Source: Acidimicrobiia bacterium
GTDB taxonomy: Bacteria > Actinomycetota > Acidimicrobiia > Spongiisociales > JAENVV01
Assembly (NCBI GenBank): GCA_041586155.1
Contig: JBFHAT010000002.1
Location: 53,635 to 117,634, forward strand
DNA length: 64,000 bases
Direction of reading: 5' to 3'
Shown here: one piece after another, positions 47,810-58,128 of the stretch
Position numbering within the stretch: position 1 is the first letter of the stretch
How the letters are laid out: each line of letters begins with the position of its first letter
Translations under genes and position numbers: made by a program
The notes under the pieces: generated by a model
Told to the model about the DNA's origin: nothing
What the model saw: only the letters and a program-made list of their open reading frames with translations
The model's database searches: none

Positions 47810-48705
47810 GTTCGGTCGAGATCGGCGACTCTGACGACGGGTCCCGGTTTGACAAGACGCTCGCCGAAGTCGCTGGATTGTCGCGGGCCGGCGCCCGCGC
47901 CCTCATCGACGCTGGTGAGGCGACGCTGAACGGGGCGACGGCGCCGGCCAAGACCCGGGTGGCAGCGGGCGACACCATCGCTTGGTCCGATCCGACCCGG
48001 CCCGACGCCATGCCGGCCCAGGCCGAGGTGCCGTTCGACGTAGTCGCGCAGCTCGATCGGTACCTCGTCGTCTCGAAGCCGGCGGGGGTGGTGGTGCACC
48101 CCGGTAGCGGTGTCGAGGATGGAACGTTGGTGAACGGGCTCCTCCACCGGTTTCCCGACATGCGGGGGGTCGGCCAGCCCGGCCGCTGGGGCATCGTCCA
48201 CCGGCTCGACAAGGACACCTCGGGCCTGATGCTCGTCGCGCTGACCGAGGACGCCTACCAGGCGCTCGGGGAGATGCTCCGCCGGCGCCTGGTGCGACGC
48301 ATGTACACGGCCCTGGTGGCAGGACATTTCGAGACGGCCACTGGCACGATCGAGGCGCCGATTCGACGCGACCCGGCCCGGCCCACCCGCATGGCGGTCC
48401 ATCGCGACGGCCGCCCCGCCCGTACCCACTATCGCCGCATCGATGAACTGGGCCCTGCAACCCTCCTCGAAGTGACGTTGGACACGGGCCGCACCCACCA
48501 GATCAGAGTGCATCTGTCCTCGATCGGCCATCCGGTCGTGGGCGACCGCGTGTATGGCGGGCGCGACCCGGTGCCCGTGCCACGGGTGTTTCTTCACGCT
48601 TCCCGACTCGAGCTCGACGATCCGTTCGATGGGTCTCACCGTCGCTTCACGTCGCCCCTGCCCGACGATCTGGCCGTGGTCCTCAAAAGGCTGCGCTCGC
48701 CCTAG
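47806..48705 (+). CDS. rluD: RluA-family 23S rRNA pseudouridine synthase (RluD-like)
   Basis: S4 domain at the N-terminus; catalytic HRLDKDTSG. GTGA overlap with lspA. Confidence 0.85.
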   Translation: MSSVEIGDSDDGSRFDKTLAEVAGLSRAGARALIDAGEATLNGATAPAKTRVAAGDTIAWSDPTRPDAMPAQAEVPFDVVAQLDRYLVVSKPAGVVVHPGSGVEDGTLVNGLLHRFPDMRGVGQPGRWGIVHRLDKDTSGLMLVALTEDAYQALGEMLRRRLVRRMYTALVAGHFETATGTIEAPIRRDPARPTRMAVHRDGRPARTHYRRIDELGPATLLEVTLDTGRTHQIRVHLSSIGHPVVGDRVYGGRDPVPVPRVFLHASRLELDDPFDGSHRRFTSPLPDDLAVVLKRLRSP

Positions 48706-48715
48706 GATCGCGGGC

Positions 48716-49513
48716 ATGGTCGACACCACGGTCTGCTACCGGCACTCGCAGCGCCCCACCCGGTTGCGATGCTCTGAGTGCGAGCGCTACATCTGCGCGG
48801 AATGCTCGTACGACGCTCCGGTCGGCCAGCGGTGCCCTGAATGCCACCGCCAGGTCGGCACCACGGAAGTTCGCAGGATGCGCGATCTCAGTGCGCTCTC
48901 CGGGGCATCAGTCACTCGGGCGCTGCTGCTCCTGATCGTCGCCGGCTATGTCGCCCAGTCCGTGATCCCCGGGTTGGCCAGTCCGATGATCCAGACCGTC
49001 GATGCCATCGACGACGGTCAGCTGTGGCGGCTCGTGACCACGGCGTTTCTCCATGGCGGCCTGTTCCACATCGCTCTCAACGGCTACGCCCTGTACATCC
49101 TCGGCCCTCCTATCGAGCGGGGAGTCGGCGCTGCGGCGTTCGCCGCGTTGTGGGTTGTGTCGGCGATCGGTGGCGGAGTCGCTGTCCATACGATCGGGGG
49201 ATACACCGCAGTCGTAGGCGCCTCGGGCGCACTCTTCGGGCTGTTTGGCTATTTCCTGGTGCTGGGGTGGCAGCAGCGCTCGACTCGCGCCGGCCGAGGC
49301 CTGTTGCGCCAGTTCGGCTATCTGTTGCTGATCAACGCCGCCGCCCCGCTGCTGTTTCCGATCATCTCGTGGCAAGGTCACCTCGGCGGACTCTTGACCG
49401 GCATGGCGATCACCGCCTTGTGGGCGCGATTCGGTCGGGCCGGGTCTCGACCCAAAGTGGCGGCGGCGTTGCTGGTCGGGGTGTTGCTGATTGGCGCGAT
49501 CGTCCTGATCTGA
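48716..49513 (+). CDS. Rhomboid-family intramembrane serine protease with N-terminal zinc ribbon
   Basis: CxxC...CxxC ribbon. Rhomboid motifs (GASGALFG catalytic Ser; H in AxxxGH of the last TM helix). Confidence 0.8.
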   Translation: MVDTTVCYRHSQRPTRLRCSECERYICAECSYDAPVGQRCPECHRQVGTTEVRRMRDLSALSGASVTRALLLLIVAGYVAQSVIPGLASPMIQTVDAIDDGQLWRLVTTAFLHGGLFHIALNGYALYILGPPIERGVGAAAFAALWVVSAIGGGVAVHTIGGYTAVVGASGALFGLFGYFLVLGWQQRSTRAGRGLLRQFGYLLLINAAAPLLFPIISWQGHLGGLLTGMAITALWARFGRAGSRPKVAAALLVGVLLIGAIVLI

Positions 49514-49562
49514 ATCTGGTAACGTGCGAATCTCAGACGTGTAATTCCCCCGCGGAGGGGCT

Positions 49563-52500
49563 GTGGCCCGGGACTCGTTTGCCCATCTCCATTTGCATAC
49601 CGAGTTCTCCATGCTCGACGGCGCAGCCCGCGTCGCCGACGTTGTCTCGACGGTGTCGGCCGACGGACAGCCGGCTGTGGCCATCACGGATCATGGAGTT
49701 CTCTACGGAGTCATCGACTTCTACAAGACGGCGACCGCCGCCGGCGTGAAGCCGATCATCGGGGTGGAGGCCTATGTGACGACTGGGAGTCGGTTCGATC
49801 GCCCGCGAGGTGCTGAGAACCGTCGCTTCCACATGACCCTCCTCGCCGAGAACCAAATCGGCTACCAGAACCTCATGAAGCTGGTGTCATCCAGCTACCT
49901 CGACGGGTACTACTACAAGCCGCGGATGGACCTAGAGCTGCTCAGCCGCCACTCGAGCGGCATCATCGCCACCTCGGGTTGCCTCGGTGGGCAGGTCGCG
50001 TCGCTCCTCGCCCCCGATGCGTCTCGCGAAGAGGGCAACACAGGAGTGACGAGGGACTTCGACGCTGCGGTCGAGGCGGCTTCCACATATCAGGACATCT
50101 TCGGGCGTGACAACTTCTTCATAGAGATCGCCGACCATGGCATCGAAGCCCAGCGCCGGATCCTTCCCGATCTGGTCGACATCTCCAAGCGACTCGGAGC
50201 GCCGTTGCTTGCCGCCAACGACGCCCACTACATCCGAGCAGACGACCACGAAGCCCACGACGTCTTGCTGTGCATCCAGACAGGGTCCACCGTCGACGAC
50301 CAGGACCGCTATCGCTTCGAGGGTCGTGGGCTGTACCTCAAGTCGGCGGCAGAGATGCGAGCGTTGTTCCCCGACCACACCTATCCGGCCGCCTGCGACA
50401 ACACGCTGCTGATCGCGGACAGAGCGGACGTCGAGCTTGACTTCGATCGAATCCTCCTTCCTGCTTTCGATGTCCCCGAGGGTCACACCGAGGCCTCCTA
50501 TCTGAAGGAGCTGGTCTACGAGGGCGGCAAGCGTCGTTATGGCTCGATGCTGCCGATCGAAGTGTCGGAGCGTATCGAGCACGAGCTGGGGATCATCGAG
50601 GACATGGGCTTCCCGGCGTACTTCCTGATCGTGTGGGACCTGATCCGCTTCGCCAAGCAGCGGGGCATCCGCACCGGCCCGGGTCGCGGGAGCGCAGCCG
50701 GGTCGATCGTCGCCTACTGCCTGGAGATCACCGACCTCGACCCGATTCGATACGGCCTCATCTTCGAACGCTTCCTCAATCCCGGCCGCCTGCAGATGCC
50801 GGACATCGACATGGACTTCGATGAGCGGTATCGGGCGGATGTGATCCGCTACGCGGCGGAGCGGTACGGATCCGACCACGTCGCCCAGATCGTGACGTTC
50901 TCGACGATCAAGGGCCGTCAGGCCACCCGCGACGCTGCCCGAGTACTCGGCTACCCATTCGGCGTGGGGGACCGGGTGTCGAAGATGCTTCCCGCCCCGA
51001 TCCTCGGTCGGGAGGCGTCACTCGATCAGTGCTTGACGCCACCGCCGCCCGACGCCGACCCGATGTTGCGCGACTTTTACTCGAACGCCGCCGATCTGCG
51101 CAACGCATACGAACAGGACGCCGACGTCCGTCGGGTCGTCGATACCGCTCGCGGTCTCGAGGGTCTCCGCCGTCAGGATTCGATCCACGCTGCCGCCGTC
51201 GTCATCTCGCCGCAACCCGTGACCGAGCTCGTGCCTGTCCAGCAAAAGGGAGAAGGCGCCGAGATCGTCACCCAGTATGAGATGGGGGCGGTGGAGAGCC
51301 TCGGCCTTTTGAAGATGGATTTCCTGGGGCTCCGTAACCTCTCGACGATCGAACGCTGCCTGGAGCTCATCGAGCAGGGCACCGGCAAGCGCATCGACAT
51401 CGACCGTATCCCGCTCGATGACGAAGCCACGTTCGAGCTGTTGCGGCGAGGCGACACGATCGGCGTGTTCCAGTTGGAGAGCACGTCGATGCGGAGCTTG
51501 ATCCGCAGTCTCCAGCCGGAGAGCTTCGACGACATCATCGCCGTGAACGCGCTGTTCCGTCCCGGGCCGATGGGTCAGAACATGCATCATGCCTACGCCG
51601 ACCGCAAGAACGGCCGCGAGCCGGTGACCTACCCGCATTCGGCGACCGAGAAGTTCCTTCAGCCGACCTACGGCATCATCGTTTACCAAGAACAGGTGAT
51701 GCAGGTGGCCCAACAGCTCGCCGGCTATTCGATGGCAGAAGCCGACATGCTCCGTAAGGCGATGGGCAAGAAGGTCAAGTCCATCATGAAGGCCGAGAAG
51801 GAGAAGTTCGTCAACGGCTGCGTCGCTCAGGGCCACGACGAGCAGCTCGGCCGCGAACTATGGGACTCGATCGAGCCGTTCGCCGGGTACGGCTTCAACA
51901 AATCGCATTCTGCCGCATACGCCTATGTCGCCATGCAAACCGCGTTTCTCAAGGCCCACTTTCCGGCCGAGTACATGGCGGCGCTGCTCACGTCGACCAA
52001 ACGCGACAAGGACCGGACAGCCATCTACCTGGCCGAATGCCGGGCGATGGGGATCGAGGTGCTGGTGCCCGATGTCAATCGTTCCTCGACTGACTTCGCC
52101 ACCAGCGACAACAAGATCGTGTTCGGACTGTCGGCCGTACGCAATGTCGGTGAAGGGGTGGTCGAGCGAATCGTCGACTCTCGTGGCGACCGTCCGTTCA
52201 CCGATTTCATCGATTTCGTCGATCGTGTCGACGTCTCCGCACTCAACAAGCGGACGCTCGAATCCCTCATAAAGGCCGGCGCGTTCGACAGCCTCGGGTA
52301 CACCCGCAAAGGTCTGCTGCTGTCGTTCGAGGGCATTCTCGACGCCACGCTGACCCGGCGTCGTAACGAGGAGATCGGCCAGTTCTCGCTCTTCGGGGGG
52401 AGCGAGAGCCCCCTCGAAGTTGCGATGCCGGAGATCTCCGACGCCGAGTGGGACAAGAAGACCAGGCTGACGTTCGAGAAGGAGATGCTGGGTCTCTACA

Positions 52501-53069
52501 TTTCCGACCACCCCCTGCTGGGGATCGAGCGCGCCCTGCGTGCGGCGACGCACACGACGATCGCCGGCCTGGGCGAGCTGGCCGACGGCACCCGTACGAT
52601 GGTTGGGGGAGTGGTCGGTTCGATTTCGCGGCGGTTCACACGCAAGGGCGACCCGATGATCTTCTTCGAGCTCGAAGATCTCGATGGCGCGGTCGAGGTG
52701 CTGTGCTTTCCGAAGGTGACCGAGCAGTACGCACCACTGATTCGCGAGGACGCCATCGTCATCGTGTCGGGACGAGTGGACAACCGTGGTGACGAGGTCA
52801 AGGTGGTCGCCGCCGAGATCAGCGAGCCCAACCTCCGGCCGGCGGACGTCATCCGCTTGGAGATCCCCGCCCGAGTGCTGTCAGCCGACAAGGTGAAGCG
52901 GCTGCGCGAAGTGCTCATCAACCACCCGGGCGACACTCCGGTTCTGCTCCACATGACGTCCGAAGCCGGCCACAAGGTCGTGAAGATCGGTGACGACCAC
53001 CGGGTGGCGCCCCGCACGGCGCTGTACGCCGAGCTCCGCGAGTTGTTCGGCGAGCACGCGGTTCTGTGA
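49563..53069 (+). CDS. dnaE: DNA polymerase III alpha subunit
   Basis: 1168 aa. PHP domain (HLHLHTEFSMLDGA); pol III alpha core; OB fold. GTG start is preceded by GGAGGGG. Confidence 0.95.
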   Translation: MARDSFAHLHLHTEFSMLDGAARVADVVSTVSADGQPAVAITDHGVLYGVIDFYKTATAAGVKPIIGVEAYVTTGSRFDRPRGAENRRFHMTLLAENQIGYQNLMKLVSSSYLDGYYYKPRMDLELLSRHSSGIIATSGCLGGQVASLLAPDASREEGNTGVTRDFDAAVEAASTYQDIFGRDNFFIEIADHGIEAQRRILPDLVDISKRLGAPLLAANDAHYIRADDHEAHDVLLCIQTGSTVDDQDRYRFEGRGLYLKSAAEMRALFPDHTYPAACDNTLLIADRADVELDFDRILLPAFDVPEGHTEASYLKELVYEGGKRRYGSMLPIEVSERIEHELGIIEDMGFPAYFLIVWDLIRFAKQRGIRTGPGRGSAAGSIVAYCLEITDLDPIRYGLIFERFLNPGRLQMPDIDMDFDERYRADVIRYAAERYGSDHVAQIVTFSTIKGRQATRDAARVLGYPFGVGDRVSKMLPAPILGREASLDQCLTPPPPDADPMLRDFYSNAADLRNAYEQDADVRRVVDTARGLEGLRRQDSIHAAAVVISPQPVTELVPVQQKGEGAEIVTQYEMGAVESLGLLKMDFLGLRNLSTIERCLELIEQGTGKRIDIDRIPLDDEATFELLRRGDTIGVFQLESTSMRSLIRSLQPESFDDIIAVNALFRPGPMGQNMHHAYADRKNGREPVTYPHSATEKFLQPTYGIIVYQEQVMQVAQQLAGYSMAEADMLRKAMGKKVKSIMKAEKEKFVNGCVAQGHDEQLGRELWDSIEPFAGYGFNKSHSAAYAYVAMQTAFLKAHFPAEYMAALLTSTKRDKDRTAIYLAECRAMGIEVLVPDVNRSSTDFATSDNKIVFGLSAVRNVGEGVVERIVDSRGDRPFTDFIDFVDRVDVSALNKRTLESLIKAGAFDSLGYTRKGLLLSFEGILDATLTRRRNEEIGQFSLFGGSESPLEVAMPEISDAEWDKKTRLTFEKEMLGLYISDHPLLGIERALRAATHTTIAGLGELADGTRTMVGGVVGSISRRFTRKGDPMIFFELEDLDGAVEVLCFPKVTEQYAPLIREDAIVIVSGRVDNRGDEVKVVAAEISEPNLRPADVIRLEIPARVLSADKVKRLREVLINHPGDTPVLLHMTSEAGHKVVKIGDDHRVAPRTALYAELRELFGEHAVL

Positions 53070-54104
53070 TCAGGCCAGCGCCAGCGCTTCGGGACGGAGC
53101 CCCTCTACGCCGTCGATGAGCTGGGACAGTGCCTTGAGCGTCGTCGGGGCGACCGGCGTCCACGGGACCGTCACCACTGGGGTCCCATACCGGGCCGAGA
53201 ACTCCGAACGGACTCGGCGCTGATGGGTCGCCTCTCTGCTCCACCGCTCCAGATTGGCGACCAGGGCTTGATCTGCGCCTCGTGGAGCTCTGGCCTGCTC
53301 CCACGACGCGGGGAGGGCCCGGTTGAAGACGACCGCCCGAGGCGGCTTGGCGATCTCGGGCAGGCTCCGGTAGAACCTGGCCGCCTCGGCCACCGGAGCC
53401 GGGTCGGATGTCGTGACCACCAGGGTGATTGCGCGACGAAAGTGTCGATCGATCTCGCCGGCGCGCCGCCGCAGGCCGTCGTAAGTGGTGCGGAGATCGA
53501 ACAGAAACACGGTGACTCGCTCGAGCAGGTCGGATCCGAGGGCGGTGTCGACGATGCGCAATGCCGGCCGGGCCGCGAGGTTGAAGAGCTCACGGCGCCC
53601 GGGAAGGCTTCCGCCCGTGATCCAGCGGAAGAGCCGGCCGCCGATGAGGTCGGTGAGCTCGGTCGGGGCGGTGAAGAATTCGATGCCGCCGGCCGACGGC
53701 GGGGTGTCGACGACGACCACATCCCATTTGTTGGCTTCCAAATAGTCGGCCATCGTCTCAGCGGCGGCATATGACTGGCTGGCCGGGAAATGCCGGGTGA
53801 TCGTCGAAAAGAACTCGTTGTGCACGAGGCGCTCGGCCACGTCCGGCTTGGCGTGCCGGCGAGCGATCTCTGCCCACGAGCTCTCGGCGTCGAGCATCGC
53901 CGCCGATAGGGTCGGCAGCGAATCGTGCGCCCGAGGTTCGTTTCCCAGCTCGTCGAGCCCCAGTGCCGCCGCCAGGCGCCTCGCCGGGTCTACGGTGAGC
54001 ACCAGCGTCCGTAGACCATGTTCGGCGGCACGTATCGCTACCGCGGCGGAGATCGTCGTCTTCCCAACCCCCCCAGCACCGGTGACGAGCAACGGAATGC
54101 TCAC
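53070..54104 (-). CDS. ArsA/GET3-family ATPase (second gene of a tandem pair)
   Basis: P-loop TGAGGVGKTT; ArsA motifs DPARRL and DTPPS. 344 aa. Its stop abuts the dnaE stop (TGATCA). Confidence 0.75.
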   Translation of the reverse strand: MSIPLLVTGAGGVGKTTISAAVAIRAAEHGLRTLVLTVDPARRLAAALGLDELGNEPRAHDSLPTLSAAMLDAESSWAEIARRHAKPDVAERLVHNEFFSTITRHFPASQSYAAAETMADYLEANKWDVVVVDTPPSAGGIEFFTAPTELTDLIGGRLFRWITGGSLPGRRELFNLAARPALRIVDTALGSDLLERVTVFLFDLRTTYDGLRRRAGEIDRHFRRAITLVVTTSDPAPVAEAARFYRSLPEIAKPPRAVVFNRALPASWEQARAPRGADQALVANLERWSREATHQRRVRSEFSARYGTPVVTVPWTPVAPTTLKALSQLIDGVEGLRPEALALA

Positions 54105-54943
54105 ATCGACTCCAGTTCGTCGGCGAGCCGCTCGGCCACCTCGCCGGGGCCCGTGGCTCCGAACAGGTAGGGGAGCTGCGGACCCTCCGGAAGCTCCGCC
54201 AGCCAGCGTTGCTGTTCATCGTGCACGCCGGCGTGGAGGGCAGCTGCCGCTCCGATCGGAGAGGTCACGTCGGCAGGAACCGTCGCCCCGAGGGGTTCGA
54301 GAACACGGTTCGTGATCACCTCGGCGACGTTGGTCACTGCTTCGGCTTCCAGCCAGGCGAGGGTTTCGGTCGTCTCGACGACGGGCAGCTCTTCGGCCAG
54401 GGTCACCAGCACCAGTCCAGTCAGGTCGGGATCGGCCAGATACTCGCGCATCCACTGCACCTGCTCCCTGACCTTGCCGGCGCCCACCAGTTCTGCCACG
54501 GTGCGCGGGGCGCGCAGGTGAGAGCCGATCTGTCCGGACGGGGGAGCGTCGGCGACGACGAGATCCCATGCGTTGGTGCGCGCCTCGTACAACACCTTTC
54601 CGATCGTCACCACTTCGCGAATCCCCGGAGCCGCCGAGGCGAGCGCATCGAAGGCGCGGGCAATCGGGCCGATCCTCGTGACCTTGGGGACGCCGAGCTG
54701 TAGGCGGAGGTATTCATCGAGCGCAGCCGGCCGGTCGATGACGAGCGCGTTGATCCCTGCACGAGCCTCGATCGGTCGATATTCGAGATGGTCGAGGCCC
54801 AAATGCGCTGCCAGGCCCGTGTCGGCCATTCCGATGGCGAGCACGCGCCTCCCGCGTCGGGCTGCGGCGATGGCGAGCGCTGCCGCGACGGCCGATTTAC
54901 CGACACCGCCTTTGCCCGAGACGATCAGCAGGTTCTGGTGCAC
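54101..54943 (-). CDS. ArsA/GET3-family ATPase (first gene of a tandem pair)
   Basis: P-loop SGKGGVGKS; DAPPSG. 280 aa. ATGA overlap with the downstream paralogue. Confidence 0.75.
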   Translation of the reverse strand: MHQNLLIVSGKGGVGKSAVAAALAIAAARRGRRVLAIGMADTGLAAHLGLDHLEYRPIEARAGINALVIDRPAALDEYLRLQLGVPKVTRIGPIARAFDALASAAPGIREVVTIGKVLYEARTNAWDLVVADAPPSGQIGSHLRAPRTVAELVGAGKVREQVQWMREYLADPDLTGLVLVTLAEELPVVETTETLAWLEAEAVTNVAEVITNRVLEPLGATVPADVTSPIGAAAALHAGVHDEQQRWLAELPEGPQLPYLFGATGPGEVAERLADELESM

Positions 54944-55011
54944 CCTCCAAGGCTAGACCCGGGGCAGGGAACTATCGTTCTCCGATCGGCGCGGTATATC
55001 CTGAGGCCTCC

Positions 55012-55266
55012 ATGGTGTACTTCCGCCTGCTCTTCTTCGCAATCAGCTTCCTGGCGCTTGTCGTCGCGTCGGTGCCCCTGATTGTCCTCATCAATCTGGC
55101 GTCGGGAGATACCGGCTACGGCATCTGTCCCGGCGGGCTGAGCGCGTGCGATCTCAGCTATCTCAGTGGCATCGAGCTGGCTGTGCTGTTGACGATGATC
55201 CTCTTCACCTTCATCGCGCTGGTCCGGATTGCCGTGGTCTTGCGCCGGAGGATCGACGACTCCTAG
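55012..55266 (+). CDS. Small hypothetical membrane protein, 84 aa
   Basis: Two strongly hydrophobic helices. Stop overlaps the stop of the convergent 71-aa ORF (CTAG). Confidence 0.4.
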   Translation: MVYFRLLFFAISFLALVVASVPLIVLINLASGDTGYGICPGGLSACDLSYLSGIELAVLLTMILFTFIALVRIAVVLRRRIDDS

Positions 55267-55478
55267 CCCTGCGCCAGCGGGATCTCCAGGATCAACGTGC
55301 CATCTTCGGCCCGCCATCGGGCGTTGCCGATCAACGCAAAGTCGGTGTAGTCCCGCTCAGCTTGCTCGATGAACCTCTGTCGCTCCTGGCCGGCGACAGG
55401 AGGTAGCGCCCTCTCCTTGACGGCTTCGGCCCGGTCGCGAAACCGTTGGATCATGGCATCCACGTCGTATTCAGCCAT
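55263..55478 (-). CDS. Small hypothetical protein, 71 aa
   Basis: Charged helical protein (MAEYDVDAMIQRFRDRAEAVKER...). No recognised domain. Confidence 0.35.
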   Translation of the reverse strand: MAEYDVDAMIQRFRDRAEAVKERALPPVAGQERQRFIEQAERDYTDFALIGNARWRAEDGTLILEIPLAQG

Positions 55479-55537
55479 CCTGACCTCCTGGGACGAACAC
55501 TAACCTTCCCGTCGCGAGCGTCGCCGGAGCCGAATGC

Positions 55538-56032
55538 TCACCGCTCCCAACCTTCGCTCTCGAGAAGTTCGGTTACATCTTCTGAGATGAGGTACAGCCC
55601 GCTCGCCGTCACAGATGCGCGCGACTGGTTCTCTGCGTGGAGGGTGCCGGCGACACGTAGGCGCTTTCCCCGCACCTCGTCGACCCGTCCCGACACGATG
55701 AAGGCATCGTCCATCGTGGCCACGGCCGAATATCGAAGGTCCAATGTGCCGGTCACCGACATGACGCCGAGGCCGAGAATGCCTGCCCACACCATGATTT
55801 CGTCGAGGGCGGTGGCGGCGATGCCGCCGTGAAGCACACCGAACGTCCCCCGGTAATCAGGGCGGGGCCGAAAGCGCGCGGTCACGGCGCCGTCGGGCGA
55901 TCGGTCGAAGTGATCGAGGTGCATGCCCAACGGGTTGTCTCGGCCGCAGGCGAAGCAGCCATCGTCGTACTTGCGCCGAATCACGTCGACGAAGCGGGCG
56001 ACATCCGCTGCGCGATCGGAAGCGTCGCTCAT
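55538..56032 (-). CDS. PaaI/4HBT-family hotdog thioesterase
   Basis: Hotdog motif VLHGGIAATALDE...G.L. The start could instead be the upstream ATG at 56068. Confidence 0.65.
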   Translation of the reverse strand: MSDASDRAADVARFVDVIRRKYDDGCFACGRDNPLGMHLDHFDRSPDGAVTARFRPRPDYRGTFGVLHGGIAATALDEIMVWAGILGLGVMSVTGTLDLRYSAVATMDDAFIVSGRVDEVRGKRLRVAGTLHAENQSRASVTASGLYLISEDVTELLESEGWER

Positions 56033-56117
56033 GTCGATGGTCGTGTTGACCGGTCCACGGCCTCGCATCGTAGTGGTGCACCTCCCGGGGTTAGCATCCG
56101 CCGACGGCAGGAGAGGA

Positions 56118-56795
56118 ATGGCCCGAGGGTTTCGACGAGCCGACGGAAGCGTCCCATCGCCGGCAGCGCGCGGCCAGGCCAGAGCCGTGGCAGCGCGGCT
56201 CGAGCGCCGGTACCCGGAGATCGGCACGGCGCTCAGCTACACCAATCCGTGGGAGCTGCTCGTGGCGACGGTCATCTCGGCTCAGACCACCGATGACAAC
56301 GTCAACAAGGTCACGCCGATTCTGTTCGCCCGATACCCGGACCCTGAGGCCCTGGCCGCAGCCGACCCCTCCGATGTGGAGGAAGTGATCTTCTCGACCG
56401 GTTTCTACCGGCAGAAGACTCGCTCCATCATCTCGCTCGCAGCAGATCTCTGTGAGCGCTTCGGCGGCGTGGTGCCTGACTCTATGGACCAACTCGTCAC
56501 GCTGCGTGGTGTCGGACGTAAAACGGCCTCGGTCGTACTCGCCGAAGCGTGGGGACTGCCCGCCATCGCAGTCGACACCCACGTCAATCGAGTTTCCCGC
56601 CGGCTGGGACTCACCGCCGAGTCGGATCCCGTGAAGATCGAACAGGATCTGAAGGCGCTCTTCGCGCTGAGCGAGTGGCCCTCCCTGTCGATGCGGATGA
56701 TCCAGTTCGGCCGCGACGTATGCGACGCTCGGCGGCCGCTGTGTGGTGAATGCCCGCTGGTGGACATCTGTCCGTATCCGGACAAGCTCTTGTGA
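56118..56795 (+). CDS. nth: Endonuclease III
   Basis: HhH-GPD (LRGVGRKTASVVL) and the 4Fe-4S cluster loop CxxxxxxCxxCxxxxxC. ATG at 56118 is preceded by AGGAGAGG. Confidence 0.85.
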   Translation: MARGFRRADGSVPSPAARGQARAVAARLERRYPEIGTALSYTNPWELLVATVISAQTTDDNVNKVTPILFARYPDPEALAAADPSDVEEVIFSTGFYRQKTRSIISLAADLCERFGGVVPDSMDQLVTLRGVGRKTASVVLAEAWGLPAIAVDTHVNRVSRRLGLTAESDPVKIEQDLKALFALSEWPSLSMRMIQFGRDVCDARRPLCGECPLVDICPYPDKLL

Positions 56796-58093
56796 ACCGA
56801 GACATCCTGCGGCTGGCTGTCCCGGCGCTGGGGGCGCTGGCGGCAGATCCGCTCGTGTCGCTCGTCGACACGGCGTTCGTTGGCCGGCTCGGTGAGATAC
56901 CGCTGGCGGCCCTGGGAGTCAACGCGGCGATCTTCGGGGTGGCGTTCTTCGTATTCAACTTCCTTGCGTACGGGACGACGCCGCTCGTTGCGGGCGCTGA
57001 AGCGCGTCGCGAACACGACCAGGCCCGAGGGGTCGTTTCGGCGGCAGGGTTGATGGCCGTCGCCCTGGGCCTCGTCGGCCTCGGCGTGCTGGCCACGGCG
57101 GGGGAGGCGATCCTCGATTTGATGCAGACGCCAAGGCAGGCGCTCGCCGATGCCCTGGTGTACCTGCGCATTCGGAGCCTTGCCGTCCCGGCGGTGCTGC
57201 TCATCTTGGTGGGGCATGGAGCCTTCCGCGGACGCCAGGACACGAAGACGCCGCTCGTCGTCACGGCGGCGCTCAACGCAGTGAACCTGGTTCTCGATCC
57301 GATTCTGATCTTCGGCTTCGGTTGGGGCCTGGCCGGAGCCGCTGCAGCGACGACGATTGCGCAGTGGATGGGCGCACTTTGGTTCGTCATATTGCTTCGC
57401 CAGGACTGGGTTGGAGTCTCGGCCGCGAGCCGGCGGCTCTCACCACTCGTTCGGGTGGCCGGGGATCTCACGATCCGGACGCTGGCACTGCTTGCCGCGC
57501 TCACATTCGCGACCGCCGTCGCAGCCGACGCCGGTGTCTCCGTCGTAGCCGGACATCAGGTGGTGTCGCAGTTGTGGCTCTTCTCCACCCTCGTGCTCGA
57601 CGCGTTGGCGGTGGCCGGACAAGCATTGGTGGGCAGGGCCGCCGGGGAGGCTGAGCCGAATCGGATCGACGATCTCGCTCGCCGACTGGCGTCGTGGGGT
57701 CTGCTCGGCGGAGCAGTGCTTGGCGTGGCGTTTGCGGTGGGGCTGCCGCTAATCCCGTCCCTGTTCGGCGTGGGCGGAGGCGCGGCGGACGAGATCGCCG
57801 GCGCTGCGCTGACGGTGGCCATCATTCAGCCGATCGGCGCCTTGGTGTTCGTCGGAGACGGTTTGTACATCGGCGCGTCGCGGTTCCGGCTGCTGACGGT
57901 ATCGACGGTGGTGGCGGGCGCAGCGGCCGTGGGATATTTCTTTGCCGCCGATCCGACCTCGCTGCGTGGTATCTGGGTAGGGATCGCGATCCTGCTGGTC
58001 GTCCGTCTGGGATTTCAATTGGGTGACTACCTCAGAAACGGCGGGCTCCTCCCGGCAAGTTCTGTCGGCCATGCGACAGAGGCGCGCTCATGA
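56792..58093 (+). CDS. MATE-family efflux transporter (DinF/NorM-like)
   Basis: 12 TM helices in two MatE repeats. GTGA overlap with nth. Confidence 0.8.
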   Translation: MNRDILRLAVPALGALAADPLVSLVDTAFVGRLGEIPLAALGVNAAIFGVAFFVFNFLAYGTTPLVAGAEARREHDQARGVVSAAGLMAVALGLVGLGVLATAGEAILDLMQTPRQALADALVYLRIRSLAVPAVLLILVGHGAFRGRQDTKTPLVVTAALNAVNLVLDPILIFGFGWGLAGAAAATTIAQWMGALWFVILLRQDWVGVSAASRRLSPLVRVAGDLTIRTLALLAALTFATAVAADAGVSVVAGHQVVSQLWLFSTLVLDALAVAGQALVGRAAGEAEPNRIDDLARRLASWGLLGGAVLGVAFAVGLPLIPSLFGVGGGAADEIAGAALTVAIIQPIGALVFVGDGLYIGASRFRLLTVSTVVAGAAAVGYFFAADPTSLRGIWVGIAILLVVRLGFQLGDYLRNGGLLPASSVGHATEARS

Positions 58094-58128
58094 CTCGGCA
58101 CAGCATCGCCGTTACGCGAAACTGACGG

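Noticed and set aside
46459-48729. 756-aa minus-strand ORF
   Set aside because: Antisense to lspA and rluD with Arg/Ser-rich composition; no domain.
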